Shown here: positions 27,863-39,600 of the stretch, in pieces | Numbering within the stretch: the first letter of the stretch is position 1 | Layout of the letters: every line of letters begins with the position of its first letter | Source: Balanoglossus misakiensis | Taxonomy: Eukaryota; Animalia; Hemichordata | Assembly: GCA_040954595.2 (NCBI GenBank) | Contig: CM082597.2 | Span: forward strand, 5,771,244 to 5,835,243 | Direction of reading: 5' to 3' | Length of the DNA stretch: 64,000 nucleotides | Made by a program: the position numbers and the translations under genes | The notes under the pieces: model-generated | The model's input: the letters and a program-made list of their open reading frames with translations, nothing else | The model's database searches: none | Told to the model about the DNA's origin: nothing

Positions 27863-29916
27863 GCAGCACTCATAACATAACACAACGCACGAGAACAGTA
27901 TAACACGCCAAAACAAAACAAAGAGTATGTTTACATTACGACTCTATCTTTATAAATTATCTTTCAGTAAACATGTTTTGCTGTCTTGCGTATATCTTGT
28001 AGCCGGTGGACACGGGTTTCCCAAAGTTATGGGAATAAACTGAATGATATTGTGAAACCAGCGTTAAATAGTATTTAAGGCAGCAAGAATTGGCCTTTCT
28101 TTGATTTCAAGTTCATGATGGCGAAATGTGGGCGCTAGACAAAAGCGATGCATGATGGTTGACATTTATAACATTTGATATCATGATATGACGATATTAG
28201 AATGCTATTTACCAAACTTCTCTCTCTCTTTTCAATTTGTAGACAGTTTTAGCAGGTCTAGCACTTCTTAGCATGTATTTTTTTCACGTTTGAGGCTGCA
28301 ACCATCATGCATCACTTTTGTCTCAAGACGGCCATCTTTGCCCGGAGAGGTTTCTATGGGGTTTCCCCCAGACCCTCTTTCCGGAGTGCCCAACAGAAGA
28401 AGCAGAGGGGTCTGGGTAACCGAGACTATGTGGGCGCTAAACTTATTAAAAGGGTGTATTGTAAGTCTGTGTGACTCAGATGAAATCTCGGTTCGTCTGC
28501 TTTCGTTGGTCATACATTTCACACGTTATGCTTAACGAGTTAATCGGAGTCGATGGCGGACGGATCGAGTGGAGCTTTTTTGTCGGAGGTTCCCCAAAAA
28601 GGCGACCCACGTTCACGTGACCTAGTACAGTCGTTTCAGAAAGGATTGTTTTAGCTAAAAACGGTAAATAATGCCCCCAAAATATAAATATGAAAAATTT
28701 CACCACAATTTGAACCAACTTTACTAAGCTCGCACCTAGGCCTAACAACCGAGAGAGCAGTGACACCTTTTACCGTATACAAGTACATAATTGTATACAT
28801 GGTTGTGCGAATGGCGTTCATGACTTATTGACAAAGAGGGCGGTCGACCGCCGACACCACTGAATTGGTCATTTTACGGTTACCGTATCAGTTCACCTGA
28901 AAGCAGTCAAGTGTCCTACTTTTGTGCAATCCTTCTTGCATACACGTGTCAAGAAACGTGTAGAACCAGAGCTATCGTTGCCAGGGGAACAAACACGTGA
29001 CCAGAGAGGCGTCAAAATACTTCCTTCCTGAACTCCAACTCCATATTCCGGAGAAATCGGCGATTCCGCCTGTTGTTTGAATACAAGATTAGTGCATTAG
29101 CATCGACAGGAAGCAATATTGGCTCTGACGGCTCTGACCTGAAAAACGTCATGGCATACCAATATCAATATTTGCTTTAGTATGCGATAGCCGAACTTAA
29201 TTGGAACATGTGTGTAATCATTTCATGGACATTTGCGCTCCCGGCACTGTTCGCTTTGTAACGCTCTTGACGATAAGTTGAATTCCCGGTATGGAGTTTA
29301 GGAATACTTTTGTACATGTAGTATAATTCACATGCACTAGACAGGTTATGCAAGAAAGTAAACCTAATACGTCACTGATAACGTGCTAGTACATGTAGAC
29401 GGTGTCGCCGATTAATTTTGCATGGAGACATAAGGTATGAAATAATCATGATTGTATTCCCAGTTTAGGCAACGAGTCTATTAACTATTTGAGTACCTTG
29501 TTGGGTAGGGTTGTCCTAACATATTTTTTTTTTCATTTATGTGATCTGGGGCTGTTCAAGTTTGTTGTTGTCTGCATTGAGGGTTGTAACCAAGCTAATC
29601 ACGGCCGCCATTTATGGATGAGCCGCCCCACCCTCACCACGTGCGTGTCTTACTGACCCACGGACAGAAATGTGTTGGGACCGCACCCAATGCCGCCATG
29701 TTTAGTCCATGTGAAATATGGTCGTTCGAGTATTTTGCTGGCTCCAGGACTATGACCCTAGCCATATTGGTGTCCGGTAAGCATGGCGGTACGTTCCTAA
29801 TAATAAACGCCGCTCAAATATCGTTACGTGATCTCCTAACACAGGGCCCGCAGGTGCAATTAACTGGCGTCTATGCTGCGCCTCGACGTAATAGGGCTTT
29901 TAATCAGTACGCGGAC

Positions 29917-30014
29917 TAGCTGCAGTGATTGTAGCGGGTGCAGCTAGGTTGACTGGTGTGTTCGCAGCCCTACACCAGTCAAGCTAGCAGCACCCGCTAC
30001 AATCATTGAAGCTA
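29917..30014. mobile_element. 98-bp hairpin insertion with a 9-bp target-site duplication
   Basis: Arms of ~43 bp (TAGCTGCAGTGATTGTAGCGGGTGC... / ...GCACCCGCTACAATCATTGAAGCTA) flanked by TACGCGGAC at 29908-29916 and 30015-30023. Confidence 0.8.
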
Positions 30015-31077
30015 TACGCGGACATGTGTAACATAAGTCGCGCTCGCCATGCTAAAATCTAATGTGTTAAAATCAATGTTATTGTAGAGTGGTCGTGTTT
30101 TGATCCCAGTTTTGTCGTTGTCACGATATGATTTACATGGTCACCGGTCTGTACAGTGACGACTTTTTTGTTTTTAAATTCTGTTTTGTGAACGACAGTT
30201 CTGTGAATTTACATGACACAAGCACATGGTGTTTGCAAGTTAGAGTAGGTAACTGAGCGGGTTATTAACATGTTGTACGTGTTACATCTGTTGGGTGGCA
30301 TCGAGTACGCCAATCAGCTTCTGAGACCGCGTTTGAAACGGTTGTGATGCAAAACTGGTCATATAAAAGGTCGATGCTTCAGGTCCTAGGGGCTCCAGTC
30401 TACTTCCAGCGTTCCTCTGGTCACCGTGTGTTGCTTCGGGGTCCAGAGTCACCGTCCGTGTCCGTGTTGGGTTGGGCGTTCGTCTGTTGTGCCTGCCAGC
30501 CTACCAGTCATCGGTTGCGGGACATCGGTCACCTACCTGCGTTTACGTCTGCATTGTCCACTCACCGTCGACCGTCTCCGAACAGTCGTGAAGCCAGTAG
30601 CTCCGTTCCAGGCCAAGGAAATCGCCGTTTCGTCGGTTGCCGGGCCTTGCTTCGTCGTTCTTCGCTCGGGGACTCTGGGCATTGCTCTTGTCGTGAGTTT
30701 TTGTGTGCATAACTTTTCGTCACCCGCAGTATTATAGGTAGTTCCTACAGAGGCATTTTATGTGCATAATTTTTGTATTTCGTTGTTTCTGGTGAATTAC
30801 AATCTAGTTACACTATATTTAAATGTGTACGTGTGACCTCTTTTCTGCACAACACTCTGGCTCCCAAACACTCATTTTGGTGATACTAAATTCACGTCAC
30901 AGTTGGCTTGTGTTCTTCTTACCATCTTGTGACAGTCGTTGTCTACAGATGATATACCCATTATGAGGATGTGAGTTGTGTTGACCCTTGAGGAGGCAGC
31001 ATATTCAAGTGTTACAAGCTTTTCAACAATAACACGGCCGTATAAACTGTCCCCGCTGGCCACAACGGCGAATTTAA

Positions 31078-31426
31078 AGGGTCAGTCTCTCTCTCGCTGC
31101 TCTTTTTCCATTTAATTATGTTTGATACGAGACACCGTTTATGTTATTCTACATGTGGATATATAGTGAGTCAACGTTCGACCACACACAACTTCCATCC
31201 CACTTGTAGACACGAGAGTAAAAAAAACTCACGAAAATGAATAATCGGTCTCTACCATTTATTCATTTTGGCAAGATTTTTCCTCTCATATCCTCAAACC
31301 AGGATGGAAGTTGTGTGTGGTCAAACCTTGATTCACTATATATCCATATGTAGAATAACATTAACAGTGTCTTGTATCAGACATAATTAAATGGAAAAAG
31401 GGCGGCGAGAGAGAGACTTTGTCCCT
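31078..31426. mobile_element. Family A MITE, full length with TTAA on both sides
   Basis: TTAA|AGGG...CCCT|TTAA. Confidence 0.88.
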
Positions 31427-33693
31427 TTAAGCTCGATGAGTTGGCAATTATTATGGTCTTCGAAGGCTTTTCACATGCCATGAATATAGGTGCCACATTT
31501 ATGTTGGGAATAGGCCTATACTTTCACTAAATATCACAGAAATCGGCCCTTTTGAAACATACTATAAAATTCATGGAGTATTGGGACCCTACCAGACCTT
31601 AATCCCAACAAAATGATATTTTGTGCCTAAATATAGCGATCCCATATTCTCCTGATAAAGGGACAATGCGAGTTCAACCCACCTACAGTACACAGACTGG
31701 TATTATATATCATACATGTAGATGGCAACTAGGGCTGTTTTGACTATTACTGGTCAGTTGCATATAAGTGCAACCAACAGATATGCATATGCAACAAAGG
31801 ACAGGAAAGTGTCCGTATGTGGTCTCACTAATCACTGAAATTCGCTGTGTTTTCAGTCGGTGTTGAACTTCACAAGAGAACTCCTACGTGAGCCAAATTT
31901 CCGCGAAGGGCCCTTTCCGGAAAAGGTCATCACAGGCGACGCATATACGTAATTAGTCAAGCATGGTGCCTGCAGCTTTGTGTACCACCGTCACCTTTGG
32001 GTGACCTCAAACAAAAAACTTAGAATACTACTCCTAGTCACAGGGCGATTTGAAAGTATAGTGTCTTCAGTGATAAGGGGCAACCGTCTGGTTTCTAGGA
32101 GGTGAGGATATGGGGGTTGTTGAGTGGATATTGCGGTAGAATAATAGAATCTCACACTCCCAAGGACCTGAGATGTACCCTATGAAAGAGTCTATATAAG
32201 GGCCGTTTAAATGCTGAAGTTTTGCACAGTTCCACGTGTGAGTATATTTTTTTAGAAAGAAATGTGCAAATTTTAATGACAGTAGTGTATAAGGTAATAT
32301 ATTGTTTACAGGAGAAAAAATTAGCCCCTCTCCTAGTGAGGCTAGTCACAGTATCAGAGTTGATAGTACAGCACCGTGTATAGTTTTGTTCACACGTCAA
32401 TTTTGCTAATTTCTTTTGAGGTAAATACTATTAGAATTGTACATTTTTTACAATAGTCATCAAGTAGAATAGTGACATTTAAACTATTTTTAGGAATTTT
32501 ACCATACTCCTTCAGACAACTCATAATTGCAGTCCTGCTAGTAAATGTACATAGTTTGAAAAAAAAACGTCTCAATTAATCATGTTTGGTCTAGTCGCCA
32601 CCGACTTGATTCTATTGTGCGTACACTCCGTAGACAATGTAGCGACCTATCACCTCTGGGAATTTTACAGACCTGTGTTCTGTGGATACTTATCGTCGCC
32701 AATGACGTCACACCAGTAGCTTCAACGAGCCCTTTTATTGCAACCCATTGGCTAGTTCGCCTATTTCCACTACTACGAATTTTATGCATTGTCGTTCTCA
32801 TGGATACCACATCTAAGTCGAGATATCTTGAATAGTTATTTAATAACAACTTGAGTGCAGTTTTTATCTTTTTAACTTTGCTTGAATTGAGTGGCGGATT
32901 GTGAGGGCAAACACGAAGGAGAAGGAAACTCGTAAATCAGTGACTAGCTAGGTTGTAAATATCACCGATGTAAAGCTCCATGGTCTGACACGAGTGTTGC
33001 AAATTTAGGTCACTGGCAACAGGGGTTCACACCATACTCGTTACGACGGTGAAGCACCTGTGCTGGGCCTAGGCCGGTGTTGAAAACCCACGTGGACACG
33101 CTAAGTCGGACAAGGGCCGACTTAGTTTGAACTCATTAGCTAGTTTGTGTAAATTGATACAATTAAAATTTAAAGAAAGTTAGAAGTAACCAGTTTTTGA
33201 GAACATTGTTATGTCCAGTATGATTGTGTTAAATTTGACGAACTTCTGTTGTCCGTTTTCGAGCTAAACTATTTTAAAGACAAAGAAACATGGCTTGCTA
33301 CGTTTATGCAATGTCTATTGATTGCGTTTAAATTAATTGTGTGAAGCCCTATCTTGTCCCAAAACGCCATGTCCGTCCGATTTACTTATTGAGTAATATT
33401 CACCGGGGCTCATTCAATACAAGCAAATACATTCAAGAAAAAATGACTGAATAAAAAATACTTTAAACACGAATCAGTTACAGAGGAACGTTGTTCTTAA
33501 AATACTCTCCTAACAGAATTATAAAGTTCACATTGTTAGCCTTGACATTTGGGGGCAGACAATTCCAAACGTTCGTAGTGCTTAGAGAAGTCTGAATGAA
33601 GTAACTCTTTTTCTTTTTTTCAGGTGATGTAAATTCACGACGGAAGAGAGGTTTGCCTTAAAAAAGACTGTAGATGATTATTGTCAGTTTACA

Positions 33694-34875
33694 ATGAAGC
33701 CCACTCGATGCATTTTGGTCTGTCTGTTTGCCGTCTGCGTTCTATCCACGGCGGTCGTTTTATACGACTACGTAAATATTCGACGTGTGCGTACCCGCGA
33801 ACAGGTGAGAGTCGAGCAGGGGATAGTTCCTTTGGAAAACACAACCATGCCACGATTTGTGCCGTGGAAACTGGGAGTTGATCGAGACGGTGGAAATTCC
33901 AGTCACTCGTGTGAATCCCTGGAGCGCCTCTTGTCAAACAGAAAATCGGCTAACTGCTCTATTGTAATGGAGCATATGAGAAATTGTCACAACGGGACAG
34001 ACATCGGTCGGAAGCCATTACCGAACTTCTTCGTGGGGCGAAACGGCAGTACTGAGCCCGATGACGCGTACAGGAAAGCGAACGTGGCTTTCGTCCATCT
34101 GCCGAAGGCGGGCGGTACTTCGGTGGAGAGTGTTTTGAAGCAGATACCCGGACTGGCGACGGGGAAAAAAGTCAGAAAATTCGGCATTTCCCATTGCCGG
34201 GGTTTGCACGATTTCAGCAGAACATTTGGTAGGACTGCTGAACAATCCTATTTCTTGTCCAAAAGAACATTTGGTCTGCATCACTATGCATACTCCCAGC
34301 GACCATTTGCCTACGTGACCTGGTTTCGAGAACCACTCTCAAGACTTCTATCCACCTATTATTATCTAAAGAGAACTAGATGCGCCGCCCGCGGTCATAT
34401 CGTCTGTGCTGAATACCTCCTGAAGTCCACGAACCTGACCGATTACTTGATTAAGACCATTGACATTCACTACCAAGATATGGACAACTTTTACGTGCGG
34501 CTTTTGCAGTTCGGCGACTTTCCGAGCATAGACGCCACGTTCGAAGATGGGTGGGGTGGGGTGGCCCTTAAAGACGCCAAGACCATCCCGAAGATAGAAG
34601 AGAAACACTACCTGGCTGCCAGGAACAATCTCTTCGCCAATATGGCGTTTGTCGGCCTGACAGAGGATTTCAAAACGTCCCAGGACATGGTGTGTCACGT
34701 GTTCGGGATACCCCCGGCCAAAAGCGAGAAGCACCTCAACGCGAATAAACACGAACACAATTTCACCGACTTCGAACTATCTGAACTGCGGCGTAGAAAC
34801 CACTGGGACTTGAAATTATACGATGACGCCAAAATGATTTATGAGCAGCAAAAGAAGACATTTCTTTCACTGTGA
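33694..34875 (+). CDS. Golgi-type carbohydrate sulfotransferase (Sulfotransfer_2 / HS2ST-HS6ST-Gal3ST-like), single coding exon, 393 aa
   Basis: N-terminal anchor; 5'-PSB FVHLPKAGGTS; 3'-PB FREPLSRLLSTYYY; FVGLTEDF; NHWDLKLYDDA. A strong acceptor at ~33623 implies a 5'UTR intron. Confidence 0.9.
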   Translation: MKPTRCILVCLFAVCVLSTAVVLYDYVNIRRVRTREQVRVEQGIVPLENTTMPRFVPWKLGVDRDGGNSSHSCESLERLLSNRKSANCSIVMEHMRNCHNGTDIGRKPLPNFFVGRNGSTEPDDAYRKANVAFVHLPKAGGTSVESVLKQIPGLATGKKVRKFGISHCRGLHDFSRTFGRTAEQSYFLSKRTFGLHHYAYSQRPFAYVTWFREPLSRLLSTYYYLKRTRCAARGHIVCAEYLLKSTNLTDYLIKTIDIHYQDMDNFYVRLLQFGDFPSIDATFEDGWGGVALKDAKTIPKIEEKHYLAARNNLFANMAFVGLTEDFKTSQDMVCHVFGIPPAKSEKHLNANKHEHNFTDFELSELRRRNHWDLKLYDDAKMIYEQQKKTFLSL

Positions 34876-36632
34876 TTTCACACTAAATAACATCCAACTG
34901 TATTTACTAACGTTATGAAACATTTTTACGGTAACGGTTTAGTTCTAACCTCACCAGCAAATACAGTTGGTGTTTTACTAGTTGTAAATCAAAATGGTGG
35001 ACAACTGATGAAAAATACCAAGCCGTTAGATTTTTTGGTTACCATGCACATTTATGCATGCAAGGAACTGTATCAGCTGCCTGACAGCACACAGTGGTTC
35101 CTTTTTAGCTTTTTTTATGTTAACAGATGCCGATTAATTCGTCTGCTTTGCCTGTCTGTGCGAACATTAACCCCCATCACAAATTATACTAGTAGCACAG
35201 TTGGCCTTACGACGAAAGGTCACAGTCACAACTCTTTGACACCGCTTATCATCTCTTGACATGGCGTCAAAGCTTGGTCCCAAATGCCCTATCGAGCGTC
35301 TCTCAGACCATGGACGTAAAAAAGCTGGTAATGTCTTGATAAAACTACACTTGCAGTAACAAAACACGATAGGCAGATCCAATCCTCATTTGCCTGTCTG
35401 AGCATGGACGTAAAAATGATTTTGAAATTAACGAGGTTTTTTACTAAGCAAATCTTCATATCCCATGCAGTGACTGAACAGAAATTCAGTACGTGAAGTT
35501 TTGCTAGTTTCCTGACATTTTTGTTTGGTCCACACGGTACCATAGACCCCGGGTCTATGACGATACAGCTTGCTAACAACGCGTTTATTCAGAGAGCTAG
35601 AGTAAAAGGCTGTATGTTTTTATCCTAAAGGAAAATATGAAAAATAAGCAAATAATACCAGTACTCCTGGATTTGTGTGCGTAATCCTGACAACGCTATG
35701 ATTTTTATCGCAGCCTAGGTAACAATTAACCTTTGGCTATACAAACTTCTGTCCATTCAATTGATTAACCATATGTGTACAGTGGGTGTACCTGTTAATA
35801 TGTACCCACTAATAGCGAGAGATATATCAAAATAAACACACCAACAATTCATCAAACTGTACGCACCGAAATCATGCTCCACACACTGTTATTTTAATCT
35901 TTTTTGTGGCCTTTATTCAGGAGAAAATATGCACAACTGGTGCAGTCGTTGCTGTTTTTTGCCAAAAAACAGGTGGAAATGGCGGAAGAGGGCTTCATCT
36001 GTTTCAATTAATTGTCCGTTTATTCGTTGGGGAAAGGCGCCATAGAAACATAGTGCACAGTAAGTGTACACTTTAATGTCAATCAGAATAATCCAGAGCA
36101 ATCCAAGGCAAACACATGCACATACACCTTCTTAGTTTAATTACATAATGCGTTAACTCAACCAATTAATGACAAGTGAAATTACGGGTTATTAAAATGG
36201 CAATTGACAGTACTGTTTTTTACAAAACAGAAACATTGATTAATGTATACATGTATATATCCAATACTGGCAGATTACAAAGAAATGTATAAATATCATC
36301 GTACTATATGAACAAAATCAATCATAGACGCACGCAATAGAAATACCTTTTAACGACACATCTAACTCTCATCAAAACGCTGCTCTTTCAGACAAGTTTG
36401 TTGGCACCTCTAGCTAAACGTACAACTATGTCTTTCACATTTAATGCATTGTCAACAAAACTCGATTTCCTTAAAAGGCTAAATGAGCACTTCTTGCTTC
36501 ATAAAGTCTAAAAGAAACACGCTAACACTTTGAATGTTAAACATTTGTTTAGAACTCGTCCCTTAAGGTTATCTTGTCACATCTGTAGACCAAACGGACG
36601 CCCCAGTGCTAAACGTGGCATCGTCCGTCAGA

Positions 36633-39600
36633 TTAAAGAACTTCCACCATTGCACTGAAAACAGTCAGGTGATTACACAGACACAGGGTAGAATTGAAGT
36701 CGGATTTTGGTGACACCTTCAAATAATCGAACAGAAAAAATACATATTGACACAGCAGTGGGCGTTGCTTTGCAATTGAAACAAGATCAAATACATATTG
36801 GAAACGCGTCCACACTTACATCGCTGCATTTTTTACGTTTACAGTATTTTTCACGTGTCAGCATTAATCGTAAGATGGAGTACCTTCTACATTTTTCGTT
36901 TTGCTGCATATTTGTCCACAGTATCCCCTAAAATCACACTAATTGTCACTTGTCTTTAGTTTCATCGCTTGCAAGTACACGAAGCATATCAATTATTGAA
37001 AAATTGGAAGAAAAGCGTTTACCTTACAACCATCATTCTGCCAGTTAGTCTCATCAAAGTAGCTACATCTGTGTTGTGTAGTGAGAACCTTGATGTGAAC
37101 CCCATGAGCTGTAGAGAAAAAGAATTACAGAACTAACTTCGGTTTCTTCCACGTATTCCATATGTTGATTTTTGAAATTAACAGTAGCATGCACAGCAAA
37201 AAAGATAAACAAACACTATATCGTTTAATCAACGATCATTGTACAATAGTTGTATTAATCATTTAAATATATTACAATCTTACCACTGGTAAGGTCAAAG
37301 ATGATGTAATACAAGCCTGTCCTGGTGATCTTTGCTTCTGGTAGAAATATGGATGCTGTACACCCTGCAAATACCAACTCAGTTACATAATGGAAACCAC
37401 TGTTGCCACCGACGGCGTCAAGTCTTTCCAGTGACATGTATGCTGTAGTAGTCTCGAAGACAGGCGCTGATGCTTCCACGATGATTTGAAATGCAGAGTA
37501 GGCCGATAGCGCCTGCAACGAGAAATTGAGATAAAGTTAACATAATGAAATTTGTGAAGTAAAGGATAACACTGTGTTTGAAATAGCCCCAATGTCATTT
37601 ATACTCGTGTTTGAGTTTTGCCCAATTGATCAAATGGTTATGTTAAAGACTAGATCAGAAAACATGTAATGATCAGTGAATTTCATATATTATGTAAAAG
37701 ATTACCGTTACTGTCAATGCATAGTGAGTGACTCCTTCCCTTTCCACGTATAATCCCCTGACGATGCTTTCATTTATAGGTGTCTGATAATTACCAAGCC
37801 ATACACCGAGATCCTCTGATGCATTTTTCACTGAAAATAAAAATGTTATGTTATAATTCAAACTGATTTCAAAACAAAATTCACAAATGGGTCATTAATC
37901 TAGTTACGCCCTCCAAGATGAAATTGTGAGCGAGTATTTGTATACAAGTATGTTGCTGGGTTTCTAGGTAAAGTTGTTTTAAAGAAGCAATTCGCCTTTT
38001 CCAGTTTAAATGTTGCTTCGTTACGACAATGGCGACACAGGACATGCTCCTTGCCCAAATCAATAACCCCTTAAGACAAGGCGTTCCAAAGAAGCAACTT
38101 CTTTCCCCTGAACATTTCAAGTATTCTTGTGAGTTCCTTAAGAATGTTAGGATGCCACTTTTGGCCTTAATGAAAACCAACCTTTTATCTCATTACCATC
38201 TTCATCTCTGAATTCCAAGGTCAGTATATCGGTAGTAAAGCCATATGTCTCATTTGCCAATCTGTGGGGATTTACACCCAAACGGAAAATCTACAGACAA
38301 AAAAATTACTGTAATTATTCTTGAGCATAATGACACAAGAAGACAACAACAGATATTGTACATAAAGCCAAAGATCATCTTTGAAATATAGTACGGGCTT
38401 ATTTTGTAAAAAAATATACAACGGATGCATTGACCCAACACAAATATCAGCCTATAGTTCATTCCATTAATGATAGCAAGATCACTGGGACGTCACATTA
38501 TAGTTTACTGGCGGCAGAGTCCTAAAGACCAATGGTATACAAATATCAATATACAAGTATAAAGCAGTGTATGATGGAAAATGAAATATTTTTCTTCTGA
38601 TTATAGACGTTGCATACAAACCATCCTGTTCAAGACTGTGTCCTGCGACAATTGTGGAAACATAATATCTGCAGGTGGAATACTAAATCCACTTCCATCT
38701 CCAATCATTATGGTGACGTTGCTCAAGTCCTGCACAAAGTTCTTTTCTAGATGCAGAACAAGAGAAGATGTTCTCGCGATGATTGGTTCATGTCCACAAG
38801 TAGTCTCACTCAGTATAAACATTGATAACTGGTGGAATACTTTTGTTGTTATCTTTGTCAGGTGATTTGCCTGCCCGGGTTTCAGCCTGTCGCTCGGATT
38901 GGCGTCAATTAGGGACTGCATTCTGTCTACCACTTTTTGCATAGCATTCATTGTTTCTGAAATATATAATTATTGACATTTAAAACTTTTTCACTCTGTC
39001 GGTCTGCATCGGCTATTGCATCATACGCCGGTTGATAATAAGTGTTTCTCAATTTTCGTATCCATCAGCTTTTAGGAATTGTCCAATGCTCAATTTTTCT
39101 GAAAATAACATATTTGACGGTCACCATATGCTTACGGATTGTAAGGTTCTACATTTCTGCGTATGATACCATTATCGTATTTACATCATTGGATGATATT
39201 AAATGTGGACGGTGTTGAAATGCTTACTGACGTCTCAGACTTATTATGGTTTTAAATAAAAAAGATCACAATACCTTTTGCAAATAGAATTCTTCCTTCA
39301 AATATGATACTTTTATTTAAGAGGTCAGAGGTTAAAGTGTCCACCTTGTCAATTACACTAATACCCTGGCAAAAGAAAATACAGCTATTTAGTATGTGGC
39401 TTCTGTTGTCACAAAATAGTCATATCCCATAAAGACCTTTAAAGTACGTTTATGTGGATTTCGCTAACTTGTGGCTTTATATACTACAGTGCATTACATC
39501 AATCTCAAATGATTGGCACCTTTCTTACCACATCTGCTGTTCTGAATTCTTCGTCTCTTATCTTGACCAACCTCTCCCGCAGCAGAAGCAACTCATTATC

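Noticed and set aside
26712-34758. Antisense ORFs over the glycosyltransferase and sulfotransferase
   Set aside because: They are shadow ORFs of real coding sequence.
37881-38180. 99-aa ORF MVFIKAKSG... and its twin at 51846-52145
   Set aside because: It lies in intron 9. The similarity reflects the recent duplication, and it is not needed for phase continuity.
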